This document shows, piece by piece, positions 1-9,644 of a stretch of 61,040 nt of DNA. Below the pieces are notes generated by a model, which made no database searches, was not told the DNA's origin, and saw only the letters and a list, made by a program, of their open reading frames with translations. Position 1 is the stretch's first letter. Each line of letters opens with the position of its first letter. This DNA comes from Porphyromonadaceae bacterium UBA4259 (lineage in GTDB: Bacteria > Bacteroidota > Bacteroidia > Bacteroidales > Muribaculaceae), in contig DGWL01000077.1 of assembly GCA_002396125.1 (NCBI GenBank), positions 1 to 61,040 on the forward strand. Direction: 5' to 3'. A program made the position numbers and the translations under genes.

Positions 1-584
1 TGATAAAGTGCTGTGACATCCGAACTGTTGCACACGCCGTCGCCATTAACATCACCGGCAACAGTTGATGAGGCTTCCTTGCCGTTAACGATGATGCGTC
101 GCACCGACAGGGCGCTGTAGGTGTTGGCTTTCCAGCATGCGAACCTGAGAGTTAAGTTCTCCCGTTGAGATAAATCTTTAATGTCAAACTCGGAGTAAAA
201 ACTTCGGTCAAGCTCGGCGGTGCTCACCTTGTGATAAACGCTCATCAGCACGTTACCCTGTTCATCAAGCAGCTCGACGGTGGGAGAGCTCTTGAGGGGT
301 GAGAATTCCGAGGTGTAGTAGAAATAAGTAATACCCACAAGGTCGACCGTGAGTGTGTCTATTCCCTGGCAACTGAATTGTGGTGACAATAAGACATAAT
401 CGGTTTCCCCATCGCGAAAAAGATTGATGTGGTTGTGGGTGATGTTGTCGCCATCGATGGGGTAGCTTGGGTTGTTGTAGACCCAGTCTTGGTAATTGGT
501 TGGGGTAAACCTTAATAGCTCGGTGGCATGTGCCGCAGCAAAGCATGCGACAATAGCGATTGTGGCAATAAAAAGTCGTTTCAT
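1..584 (-). CDS. Secreted protein with C-terminal dockerin-like domain (3' end runs off the window)
   Basis: Not in the ORF track. Hand-translated from ATG at 584: MKRLFIATIAIVACFAAAHA (signal peptide), open to base 1, ending AGDVNGDGVCNSSDVTALY (dockerin Ca-binding loop). Confidence 0.85.
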   Translation of the reverse strand, partial: MKRLFIATIAIVACFAAAHATELLRFTPTNYQDWVYNNPSYPIDGDNITHNHINLFRDGETDYVLLSPQFSCQGIDTLTVDLVGITYFYYTSEFSPLKSSPTVELLDEQGNVLMSVYHKVSTAELDRSFYSEFDIKDLSQRENLTLRFACWKANTYSALSVRRIIVNGKEASSTVAGDVNGDGVCNSSDVTALY

Positions 585-606
585 GTGTCAAGCGTTTGTT
601 TATCTT

Positions 607-1779
607 TTATTTCCTTGCATTTGCAATGGTGTCGACAATGTAGTTGAGGTCATCGTCGGTCACGCAAGGACCACTAGGCAAGCACAGGCCAATTTTGAAC
701 AAAGCCTCACTCACACCGTTGACATAGGCAGGCGCATTCTTATAGATGGGCTGCATGTGCATGGGCTTCCACAGCGGGCGCGACTCGATGGCCGCGGCAT
801 CAAGAATCTGGCGCAACTGCTCGTAGTCGATGCCAAACGCCTTGGGGTCGACGGTGACGGTGCACAGCCAGTAGTTGGGATCCATGTAGTCCTTGGGGGC
901 GACGTGTAAGTCGATGCCTTCGATGTCCTTGAATGCGTCGGCATAGAAGCCGGCAACATGATGATGGTGAGCGATGTGGTCGGCAGCGATGGTCATTTGT
1001 CCACGTCCAATGCCGGCACAGATGTTGCTCATGCGGTAGTTGTAGCCAATGTGCTCATGCTGGTAGTAGGGGAACGGCTCGCGCGCCTGAGTTGCGAAAA
1101 AGAGTATTCGTTTCTTGGCCTCATCGTTGGGGCAGATGAGCGCTCCGCCGCCGCTGGTGGTAATCATTTTGTTGCCGTTGAACGACATCACTCCGTAGCT
1201 GCCAAAGGTTCCGCATGTTTGCCCTCGATAGTTGGAGCCAAAACCCTCGGCGGCATCTTCCAGCACCGGAATATCGTAGCGTTGAGCGATTTCCATTATC
1301 TCATCGATGTAGGCCGGCATGCCGTAGAGGTAAACGGGAATAATAGCCTTGGGCTTCTTTCCTGTCTTGGCAATGCGGTCCTTGATGGCGTCTTCGAGCA
1401 GGTTGGGGTCCATGTTCCATGTTCCGGGCTCACTGTCGACAAAGACCGGAGTGGCGCCTTGGTATACAACAGGATTGGCGCTGGCCGCAAATGTGAATGA
1501 CTGGCAAATCACCTCGTCGCCGGCTTTCACGCCCAGTGCCACAAGACCCAGATGCACGGCTGCTGTGCCTGCGCTCAAGGCAATTACCTTCTTGTTGAGC
1601 GTGTTGCCGCCTGTGGTAGTGTTGACAAAGTTTTCCAGGTCGTTCTCAAACGCGTTTACGTTAGGTCCCAAAGGTACAACCCAGTTAGTGTCGAATGCTT
1701 CTTGAATATACTTCATTTCCTCGCCGCTCATGTGAGCCAGGCATAGCAAGATGCGCTTGCGATCGGTGTTTTGTGACAT
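607..1779 (-). CDS. DegT/DnrJ/EryC1/StrS-family PLP-dependent sugar aminotransferase
   Basis: GTAAVHLGL, EDAAEGFGS, SFNGNKMITTSGGG (PLP lysine), GYNYRMSN motifs. Confidence 0.92.
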   Translation of the reverse strand: MSQNTDRKRILLCLAHMSGEEMKYIQEAFDTNWVVPLGPNVNAFENDLENFVNTTTGGNTLNKKVIALSAGTAAVHLGLVALGVKAGDEVICQSFTFAASANPVVYQGATPVFVDSEPGTWNMDPNLLEDAIKDRIAKTGKKPKAIIPVYLYGMPAYIDEIMEIAQRYDIPVLEDAAEGFGSNYRGQTCGTFGSYGVMSFNGNKMITTSGGGALICPNDEAKKRILFFATQAREPFPYYQHEHIGYNYRMSNICAGIGRGQMTIAADHIAHHHHVAGFYADAFKDIEGIDLHVAPKDYMDPNYWLCTVTVDPKAFGIDYEQLRQILDAAAIESRPLWKPMHMQPIYKNAPAYVNGVSEALFKIGLCLPSGPCVTDDDLNYIVDTIANARK

Positions 1780-1981
1780 ACCGTTATGTTTTATTTAATC
1801 ATTATCTCTTTTTGCTTGACAAAGTGCAAAAATAGTTATAATTACGTTAATATGCAAATGTGTTACAATAAAAACTTATTTGTGATGAGTGGTTTGCTTA
1901 TTTGAATTGTGTTGATTACCTTTGCACTGCGAAAAGTTAAAAAGACCTATTCAAAACCGACAAGAAGAACAGCAAAAAAAT

Positions 1982-3052
1982 ATGGCAAAAACTTCAAGAA
2001 AGAGACCGGCTCGAAAACAGTCGTGGCTGGACAGGTTGCCCAAGTGGGTGAAGGTGAGTGCCGTGGCATTGATTGTGCTGGTGGCGGTGGGCGCTATTGT
2101 GGCATCGCCTTATCTCACGGCAAGTAGCGACAAGGAAACTACACTCTACCTGCGTCGCGGCACCAGCAACGAGGTTGTGAGAGACTCGCTGGCCAGTTGC
2201 ACATCGCCACAGTTTGCATCCAAGGTGATGCGCCTGGTGGAACTCACAGGCGGCGACTTGAGCACACGTCAAGGAGCGTTCAACATTGATGAAGGTGAGA
2301 GCGCCTTGAGCGTTGCGACCCACCTGCGCCGTGGAGCCGCCGATGAGGTGAAACTCACGCTCAACAACCTGCGCACCAAGGATGACCTTGCCAAGCGCAT
2401 AGCCAAGAAGCTGATGATGAGCAAGGAAGAAATGCTTGCCGCACTCAACGACAAGGACCTGTGCTCGGCATATGGGCTGAATCCAGACAACGTGACCAGC
2501 ATTTTCCTGCCCGATACCTATCAGTTCCTGTGGGATGTGGAGCCGGCCAAGCTCATTGAGCACATGGCGAAATATAGCGACCGATATTGGGATGACGAAC
2601 GCAAAGAAAAAGCCCGGAAATTAGGCCTAGAACCTGTTGAGGTGGTGACGTTGGCTTCAATTGTGGAGGGAGAGACCTCTAAGGCCGACGAGAAGGGAAA
2701 GGTGGCGCGTCTATACTTGAATCGCCTTGCGCAGCACATAAAGCTTCAGGCCGACCCGACCGTGAAGTTTGCCTTAGGTAACTTTGCCTTGCGCCGCATC
2801 ACATTTGCCGACACCAGCACGCCATCGCCATGGAACACCTATTATGTCGAAGGGTTGCCTCCAGGTCCCATCTGCCTGCCTGAGAAGGCGTCGATCGACG
2901 CCGTGCTCGACGCTCCGCAGCACGACTACATCTACATGTGTGCCAAGGAAGATTTCTCGGGCTATCACAACTTTGCCCGCACCTATGCCGAGCACGAAGC
3001 CTTTGCCGCCAAGTATCATCAGGCTCTCAAGGAGCGTGGAATTAGGCGCTAG
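1982..3052 (+). CDS. mltG: Endolytic peptidoglycan transglycosylase MltG
   Basis: N-terminal TM helix; LASIVEGET, LQADPTV, SPWNTY, GLPPGPI motifs. Start placed at MAK (1982), downstream of a TACCTTTG promoter element. Confidence 0.93.
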   Translation: MAKTSRKRPARKQSWLDRLPKWVKVSAVALIVLVAVGAIVASPYLTASSDKETTLYLRRGTSNEVVRDSLASCTSPQFASKVMRLVELTGGDLSTRQGAFNIDEGESALSVATHLRRGAADEVKLTLNNLRTKDDLAKRIAKKLMMSKEEMLAALNDKDLCSAYGLNPDNVTSIFLPDTYQFLWDVEPAKLIEHMAKYSDRYWDDERKEKARKLGLEPVEVVTLASIVEGETSKADEKGKVARLYLNRLAQHIKLQADPTVKFALGNFALRRITFADTSTPSPWNTYYVEGLPPGPICLPEKASIDAVLDAPQHDYIYMCAKEDFSGYHNFARTYAEHEAFAAKYHQALKERGIRR

Positions 3053-3063
3053 GAAGGGGCATC

Positions 3064-3297
3064 TCAGGATTGTTCAATCCAAGTGGAATCCATAATTTGC
3101 CGGGCTTTTTCTAAGTCGCGGCGTAACACTACCACACGTATGGCTCCTTGCGAGAAGCCTTGCATCAGGGCATTGGCTGTGGAGTCGCCCATCACGCCCG
3201 CTATCACGCCATTACTCTCAAGAACACCTTTCACAATATTGGCATCCACTGGACTGTCATACATGGCAAAAACCACCACATCATCTTCTCTTTCCAT
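3064..3297 (-). CDS. DUF2007-like small protein
   Basis: 77 aa; ANIVKGVLESNGV...IRVVV...DLEKARQI pattern; last gene of the xse run. Confidence 0.7.
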   Translation of the reverse strand: MEREDDVVVFAMYDSPVDANIVKGVLESNGVIAGVMGDSTANALMQGFSQGAIRVVVLRRDLEKARQIMDSTWIEQS

Positions 3298-3320
3298 AAT
3301 AATAAGCTAGATTAGAAGGG

Positions 3321-3551
3321 TTAAACACTGGTTTGCTGCTTGTCGTCACTCATCTCGGCGAGAACTTTGCGCAGTTCCTCGTCGGTTTGGGTGAGCTTGG
3401 CTTTGCACACCTTGAGCAGTTGGAGCGATCGAGCTGTGTACTGGCTCAGGTTGTCGATGCTGCACTCAGGGCTTTGCATCTTTTTCACTATCTCCTCAAG
3501 CTCGGTAATGGCTTGAGTGTAGGTCAAGTTGTTGTCTTGGTTATTATCCAT
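3321..3551 (-). CDS. xseB: Exodeoxyribonuclease VII small subunit
   Basis: LTYTQAITELEEIV...CKAKL; follows xseA. Confidence 0.92.
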   Translation of the reverse strand: MDNNQDNNLTYTQAITELEEIVKKMQSPECSIDNLSQYTARSLQLLKVCKAKLTQTDEELRKVLAEMSDDKQQTSV

Positions 3552-3564
3552 AGTTTTTAATGTG

Positions 3565-4857
3565 TTAATTTACAGTGCTGGTAACAGTGCCATCCTTCAG
3601 GGTGGTCACTAGTGTGTCGCCGCTCTTGAGTTGGGCGGCTTGAGTGACTGCGTGGCCATTGAGGGTGGTGAGGGAGTAACCGCGGTTGAGAATATTTTGT
3701 GGCGAGAGCAGTTGCACCTTGTCGGCGAGTGCGTTCAGTCGCATTTTCTCCCGTTCCATAGCTCTTGCTATGCCGTTTTTCATCACCTGCATGTGGTTGT
3801 CAAGGCTGTTGTGCTCAGTGGCAATCCTTGACTTTAACACAAGAGGAATGGCTTGCGCGAAGTGGGAGAGCCGAAGGCTGCTCGTTTCAACAATTTTGGT
3901 GGCAGTCATGGGGATGTAGTTGCCGTAGTAGGATAGCTGTTCTCGTGAGTGTGCAACAGCCTCGCGAGCCGAGTCGACGACTACAGTTGCGAGGGCATTG
4001 ATGCGGTTGAGCTGTGCCAGTCCGCATTGTATCAAGAACTCGGCAGCCGCAGTAGGTGTCTTGACGTGCAGTTTCGACACCATGTCGGGAATAGTGACAT
4101 CGCGGTCGTGCCCAATGCCGGTAATTACAGGTAGTGGGAATTGTGCTATGTTGGCGCCCAAGTCGTAGTTGTCAAACCAGTTCAAGTCGCTCGTTGAACC
4201 ACCGCCGCGAATGAGCACAACGCAGTCGAAACAGTCCTCGGCCACAGCGATGCGGTTGAGAGCCTCGATTACCGATGTCACCGTGTTCTCTCCTTGCATT
4301 GCTGCCTGAAAAAGGCAAGTGTAAAACTTGAGATGGTAGGGATTGTTGTGCAGTTGCTTCATGAAATCGCCATAGCCGGCTGCTGTGCTCGATGATATAA
4401 TTGCAATGCGTTGTGGCATCAGTGCCCACGGTAGCTCGCGGTTCATGTCGATAATGCCCTCGGCAGTGAGCCGTGAAATAATTTCCTGCCTGATGCGTGC
4501 CATATCGCCGAGTGTAAACTCCGGGTTGATGTCATTGATAACCGCTTTAAGGCCATATTGCTCGTGGAAGTTGGCATTGACCAGCACCATCACCTTCATG
4601 CCTGCTGCAAGATGCTTGCCGGTAACAGCTGCGAACTTTGCGTCAAGACGCGCAAATGTGCTGGCCCAAATTGCCGCGCTCAGCTTGGCCACAGTGGCTC
4701 CGGCTTCATTTTTTTGGATGAGCTCGGGATAGCAATGCCCGCGGCTCACATGAAGCTCGCTGATTTCGGCCGTTACCCAGCATCCTTGCACCAGCTCATT
4801 GTAGAGCAATCGTTTGATGCGGTTGTTGAATTCAAGTAATGAGATTGACTGAGTCAT
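3565..4857 (-). CDS. xseA: Exodeoxyribonuclease VII large subunit
   Basis: WVTAEISE OB-fold, IRGGGS, ITGIGHDRD, KTPTAAAEF, LSPQNILNRGYS. Confidence 0.96.
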   Translation of the reverse strand: MTQSISLLEFNNRIKRLLYNELVQGCWVTAEISELHVSRGHCYPELIQKNEAGATVAKLSAAIWASTFARLDAKFAAVTGKHLAAGMKVMVLVNANFHEQYGLKAVINDINPEFTLGDMARIRQEIISRLTAEGIIDMNRELPWALMPQRIAIISSSTAAGYGDFMKQLHNNPYHLKFYTCLFQAAMQGENTVTSVIEALNRIAVAEDCFDCVVLIRGGGSTSDLNWFDNYDLGANIAQFPLPVITGIGHDRDVTIPDMVSKLHVKTPTAAAEFLIQCGLAQLNRINALATVVVDSAREAVAHSREQLSYYGNYIPMTATKIVETSSLRLSHFAQAIPLVLKSRIATEHNSLDNHMQVMKNGIARAMEREKMRLNALADKVQLLSPQNILNRGYSLTTLNGHAVTQAAQLKSGDTLVTTLKDGTVTSTVN

Positions 4858-4863
4858 GGCTGC

Positions 4864-5493
4864 TTATGGCTTTTTTATCTTTGCTTTGTCAATGTTATAG
4901 ACGAGTTGTTTAGTGACCCACGGCGAGTAACTCTTGAAGTCTCCTGCCATGAAAAAGTCGCTCAGGTTGCAAGTAGCTACCAGAGTCTCGCCTTGAAACT
5001 TCATCTCAATCATGGCAAACGAGATGCAATCGAGCAGTTCTTGTCGCACTTGCTTGGGGGCACGAGGCAAGATGAAGTCGGCTGCTGTGGGCGGTGTGAA
5101 AAACTTGCTGCTGTCGAGCCGTTTCCAGCCGGTGCTGAAAAAAGAAACGCGACTGTCCTTGACAGGTGTTGCAACCGTCTCAATGACGGCAATGATGGTG
5201 TCTTTTTTCGACTTGGCGAGCAATTTCATCTCCACGGTTTTGCCTGCCGAGGTCTTGATGAGCATGTGATTGGGCGAAAGATGCAAGATGCGCGTTTCGC
5301 CGGTGCGCAGGTTGTTTAGAACCTCGGTGGTGTCGGCTCGCTCATATTCGTTTAGCAGTTGATATTTCGCTGCCAGTGTCAGTGAGCTGAAAAGATCGCC
5401 GTTTTCCTCGGCAAAGAGTTGTCCCATTTTGTCATAGGCCGCGGCATTGATAACTGCCACAAGAGCGATGACGATAGTGATGAGTTTTTTCAT
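4864..5493 (-). CDS. Exported protein, DUF3256-like
   Basis: Signal peptide; TVATPVKDSRVSFFSTGW pattern recalled from a Bacteroidales family. Confidence 0.55.
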   Translation of the reverse strand: MKKLITIVIALVAVINAAAYDKMGQLFAEENGDLFSSLTLAAKYQLLNEYERADTTEVLNNLRTGETRILHLSPNHMLIKTSAGKTVEMKLLAKSKKDTIIAVIETVATPVKDSRVSFFSTGWKRLDSSKFFTPPTAADFILPRAPKQVRQELLDCISFAMIEMKFQGETLVATCNLSDFFMAGDFKSYSPWVTKQLVYNIDKAKIKKP

Positions 5494-6614
5494 TTAAGCG
5501 TTATTGTGCCGTCGGGGGCTATTAATAGTTTGTTGTCCTTTATGTCTTCTTGGGTAAGGGCCCAAATGTCGTGGGCTGCGCGGTTTTGGCTGTCAAGACG
5601 TGGTCCCACACGGCCAGGCTGGATAAACGAGTGAATCTTGCCTCCCACAAAGCGCCCGTTGCCGTCAAGCCTCGCCACAAGCAGTGGAGCATAACCCACC
5701 TGTGCCGTGATTCCCATGCCTATGGTGGCAAAGTTGCCTAGGCTGTAGGCGATGAGATGCCCGTTATATAATTCCATGGCACGAGGCACATGAGGACCGT
5801 TACCATAGACGATGTCGGCGCCGCAGTCGATGCACAAGTGTGTGAACTGTCGCACGTCGCCTCGGTCCATACCATGGAAATATTCCTTTCCGTGAGGCAC
5901 GTGTCGCGCGCCAGTGCCCTCAGAGCCGCCGTGGAAGCACACAATCAGGATGTCGCACTGCTTCCTGAGACTGGTGACGATGCGACGCACGGTGGTTGTG
6001 TCCTGGGTCTTGAGTGAGTAGTCTTCATGGCCGAAGGCGCAGAACCCATATTTAACACCATTGATGTCGCGCAACGCGGTCTCACAGTCGGCGGTTCCGG
6101 CCACACCGATGCCCGCATCGCGCAGCGTTTGGATTGTTGACTGTGTTCCCGCTTTCCAAAAGTCAAAGATGTGATTGTTGGCAATGCCCATGAAGTCAAA
6201 TCCTGCATCAACCAGCAGTTGTACGCTCTTTGTGGGCATCATGAACGAGAACGACAATGGGCCCGGGCGCTTGCGTGTCTCACCCTTGTCGGCAAGCACA
6301 CCCTCAAGGTTGCCGCATGTTACATCGGCATCTCGCAGCAGGCTGGCGCAGTCGATGAAAATTTCCTTGCCTTCGTTGGGTGGCATGATGTGATTGGGCT
6401 TGATTGACCCTAGCATCACGTCGCCCACCATGGCTATAGAGATTGTGTCGTTGAAGTGGATTGATGGTTGGATTGTGGCAGTTGTCGCGCTATCATCTTT
6501 GGTGACACTGTCGGCACCGGCTGCCGTGGTTGTCGACACACCATTATTAACACATGAAGTGGTGGCAACAGCCATTGCCGCAGCGATTAGCAGGGTTAGT
6601 TTTAACTTTACCAT
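5490..6614 (-). CDS. CapA/PGA_cap metallophosphatase-fold lipoprotein (paralog 1)
   Basis: Lipobox TTSC; GDVM, GNLEG, IANNH, FHGG, YSLGNF motifs; YGNGPH where paralog 2 has YGHGPH. Confidence 0.9.
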   Translation of the reverse strand: MVKLKLTLLIAAAMAVATTSCVNNGVSTTTAAGADSVTKDDSATTATIQPSIHFNDTISIAMVGDVMLGSIKPNHIMPPNEGKEIFIDCASLLRDADVTCGNLEGVLADKGETRKRPGPLSFSFMMPTKSVQLLVDAGFDFMGIANNHIFDFWKAGTQSTIQTLRDAGIGVAGTADCETALRDINGVKYGFCAFGHEDYSLKTQDTTTVRRIVTSLRKQCDILIVCFHGGSEGTGARHVPHGKEYFHGMDRGDVRQFTHLCIDCGADIVYGNGPHVPRAMELYNGHLIAYSLGNFATIGMGITAQVGYAPLLVARLDGNGRFVGGKIHSFIQPGRVGPRLDSQNRAAHDIWALTQEDIKDNKLLIAPDGTITLK

Positions 6615-6623
6615 AATAATTAG

Positions 6624-7694
6624 TTATTTCTTTATCGTTATAGTTCCGTCGTCGGCTATAATAAGGCGATTGTCCTTGATATCGTCAATGGTGAGAGAAC
6701 GAATCTCGAGTGCGGCTTTGTTCTCGGGGTCGATGCGTGGACCCAAGTCGCGATATTGGATGAAAGAGTGAATCTTGCCGTCAATTAACTTGCCTTCGGC
6801 ATCGAGGCGCGCCTCGAGCAGTGGGGCGAAGGCTGTTTGCTCACGCAGTTTCATGCCGCGTGGAGTGGCAAAGTTGCCCAGGCTATAGGCAATGAGATGA
6901 CCCTTGTAGAGTTCCATGGCTCGGCACACGTGAGGACCATGGCCATAAACCACGTCGGCGCCATTGTCTATGCACAAATGTGCAAACTGTCGCAGGTTGC
7001 CGCGGTCGGCACCGTAGAAGTACTCAGTGCCGTAGGGCAGGTGCCGCTCCGAGATGCCTTCGGAACCTCCATGGAAGCACACGATGAGTATGTCGCACTG
7101 CGTGCGCAGCTTTTTCAAGATGCGCTTCACAGTGAGGGTGTCTTGAGTGCGTAATGAATATTTCTCGTGGCCGAAGGCACAAAAGCCATATTTCACACCG
7201 TTGACCTCTCGCACGGCTGTCTCACATTTGTCGGTTCCTGCCACACCGATGCCATTGTCGCGCAATGTTTTGATGGTTGAGGCTATCGCTACTGGATAGA
7301 AATCGTTGATGTGGTTGTTGGCTATACCCATGAAATCGTAGCCTGCATCCACAAGCAACTTCACGCTGCGAGTGGGCATCATGAACGAGAACGACAACCG
7401 TCCCGGTCGTTTGCGGGGCTTGCCCTTATCGGCGAGAACGCCCTCTAGATTACCGCAGGCTATATCGGCTCCTCGCAACAGTGAGTCGCAGTCAACGAAG
7501 ATGTCGCGCCCGTCGTTAGGGGGCATGTCGAGTTCGGGCATGATAGAGCCTGTCATGATGTCGCCCGTCATGGCAATTGTCACAACACGCTGAGTTGCCG
7601 CATCGGTACTGTCGGTTGCGACCTGTGCGGTTGCGAGCAAACCAATATTGAGCAGCATTGCGGTGATTGCTGCTCCTAGAGCATTTATTTTCAT
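6624..7694 (-). CDS. CapA/PGA_cap family protein (paralog 2)
   Basis: Signal peptide; GDIM, GNLEG, IANNH, FHGG, YGHGPHV, YSLGNF; collinear with the neighbouring paralog. Confidence 0.9.
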   Translation of the reverse strand: MKINALGAAITAMLLNIGLLATAQVATDSTDAATQRVVTIAMTGDIMTGSIMPELDMPPNDGRDIFVDCDSLLRGADIACGNLEGVLADKGKPRKRPGRLSFSFMMPTRSVKLLVDAGYDFMGIANNHINDFYPVAIASTIKTLRDNGIGVAGTDKCETAVREVNGVKYGFCAFGHEKYSLRTQDTLTVKRILKKLRTQCDILIVCFHGGSEGISERHLPYGTEYFYGADRGNLRQFAHLCIDNGADVVYGHGPHVCRAMELYKGHLIAYSLGNFATPRGMKLREQTAFAPLLEARLDAEGKLIDGKIHSFIQYRDLGPRIDPENKAALEIRSLTIDDIKDNRLIIADDGTITIKK

Positions 7695-7712
7695 AGGTAT
7701 AAAGTCGTGTTG

Positions 7713-8861
7713 TTATTGATAGGCCTGGATGTAGAGATTGCGTATGTCGTCGGCGGTATACTCGCGGGGGGCGTGAGAGGGACTACCGCTCATTATTGCC
7801 TCGAAGCTCATCTTGTCGATGGCTGCCATGTAGTCGTCGCGGTTGATGCCATACTGGCTCAAAGTGGGCACGTCTAGCTTCTCGATGAGTTTTGCAACCT
7901 CCTCTACAAACTTTTCGCTGGCGTCGATTTCATCTACGGCCTGGATGCGCAGGTAGGTGGCGATGCGCGAAAGGTTGTGACGAGCGCTCATCTCCATGTC
8001 GCTCAGGCACACGTTAAGGAGCATCGCGTTAGACATACCATGAGGCACACCGAAGCGAGCGCCAATGGGGCGACTCATGCCGTGCACCAGTGTCACGCTT
8101 GAGTTGTTGATGCAGATGCCGGCTTGTAAAGCGGCGATTGACATCTCGCGGCGGGCAGTGGCATTACTGCCATCACGATAGGCCTGAGGCAGATAGCGCA
8201 TGATGCGCTTGATTGCCGAGAGGGCATAGGCATCGCTGAGCGGTTGCGCGTTGACCGAGATAAACGCCTCGATGGCATGGGTGAGAGCGTCAAGACCGGT
8301 GGCTGCAGTCACGCTCTTGGGGCATCCGTTGGAGAATGTGTAGTCGAGCATGGCCATTTTGGGAAGCAATGAGTCGCCGGTCAGGAGCATCTTCACGCCT
8401 GTTTTCTCGTCGGTTATGATAGTGTATTTAGTCACCTCCGAGCCTGAGCCCGCAGTGGTGGGGATGCACACTACGGGGGGCAGTTGGACGTTGTTGATGG
8501 GCACGCCCTTGTAGTCGGCAATTGAGCCGTCGAGCACTGTCATTGCCGCTATGGCCTTCGCCGAGTCGAGCGGGCTTCCGCCACCCAGGCCAATGACGAA
8601 GTCGCATCCGTTTTCCTTGTAGGCGGCTACACCGGCTTCAATCATCGATGTGGTGGGTTCACCCTCGATGTGTGATATTACCGAGTATTTCACGCGTTCG
8701 CTATCGAGCGTGCGTTCGAGTGTGGCAATCATGGTAGAGCGGGCGATATTGGGCCCGGTGACAATCAGAGCGTGCTTACCGTAGAGGTTGAACACATTTT
8801 GGCAGGACGCCACAATGTTGTCGCCCATCAGTATCTTGTCGGGAACTTTAAATTGAACCAT
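7713..8861 (-). CDS. Iron-containing alcohol dehydrogenase
   Basis: GLGGGSPLDSAK, PTTAGSGSEVT, GLDALTHAIE, HGMS, HG metal ligands. Start taken at MVQF. Confidence 0.93.
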   Translation of the reverse strand: MVQFKVPDKILMGDNIVASCQNVFNLYGKHALIVTGPNIARSTMIATLERTLDSERVKYSVISHIEGEPTTSMIEAGVAAYKENGCDFVIGLGGGSPLDSAKAIAAMTVLDGSIADYKGVPINNVQLPPVVCIPTTAGSGSEVTKYTIITDEKTGVKMLLTGDSLLPKMAMLDYTFSNGCPKSVTAATGLDALTHAIEAFISVNAQPLSDAYALSAIKRIMRYLPQAYRDGSNATARREMSIAALQAGICINNSSVTLVHGMSRPIGARFGVPHGMSNAMLLNVCLSDMEMSARHNLSRIATYLRIQAVDEIDASEKFVEEVAKLIEKLDVPTLSQYGINRDDYMAAIDKMSFEAIMSGSPSHAPREYTADDIRNLYIQAYQ

Positions 8862-9012
8862 ATTTTTTTCAATTAAAAATGATAAATAACTTTTGCGCAA
8901 ATATAGCAAAAAACTTCCATTCCTTGAAATATTTTACCAATAAAATATAAAATGTAAGATTTACCATGCCTGAGTTTCCCGGGAGCATCCTTGTTGACGG
9001 TACTTACATTTA

Positions 9013-9522
9013 TTAGCGGTTGGTGATGATGTAGCCACCGGTTGAGGTGGGAACAACGCGGTAGGGATTTAGACCCACCTTGCGCTCCAGCGCCATGCCG
9101 CTCTTGGGGCCTCCCGAGCCAATGAGCACATCGTAGTGTGACTTACACTTGCTGCACACGGCATCGAGATTGACGGGGTCGATCGATACGGTCACGTTCA
9201 CGTCATGCTCCACGGGGCATGCCAGGTCGAAAGCCAGCGGCACGCCTCCACCCGTCTGCATGTCCTGTCCCATGAAAAGTAGCACTCCACCAAATCCTGT
9301 GTAGGTGTTGATGTTGTAAGGGAAATTGGACGGCAGGCCCTTCTCTCGATTAAAAATGCGGAATTCCCCCAGCGCATGCACGCCATAGGTGTTCCACAAT
9401 CCATAGTCGTTAAGGTAGATGCGCACCGAGTAGGAGGGCAGCGACTTGTTGTTGACCGAGTCGCAGGCATTGAGAGCCACGACTGCCAGTAGTAAGGCTA
9501 TCGAATGTTTAAGAAATTTCAT
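9013..9522 (-). CDS. Lipoprotein with a Rieske-like Cys/His domain
   Basis: Lipobox LNAC; AFDLACPVEH and AVCSKCKSHYD. Confidence 0.6.
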   Translation of the reverse strand: MKFLKHSIALLLAVVALNACDSVNNKSLPSYSVRIYLNDYGLWNTYGVHALGEFRIFNREKGLPSNFPYNINTYTGFGGVLLFMGQDMQTGGGVPLAFDLACPVEHDVNVTVSIDPVNLDAVCSKCKSHYDVLIGSGGPKSGMALERKVGLNPYRVVPTSTGGYIITNR

Positions 9523-9644
9523 TTCATTAATGTTTTTATATCTCAAAAACGTGAAATCGCGCATAATATTTTAGTTGGCAATTGAAAACTAAGGCAAAAT
9601 ATCGTAACTTTGCAGCCGCAAAAACATGAATTAATTCCAGCAAG

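Noticed and set aside
265-591. 108-aa minus-strand track ORF
   Set aside because: Alternate frame of the real signal-peptide/dockerin gene starting at 584.
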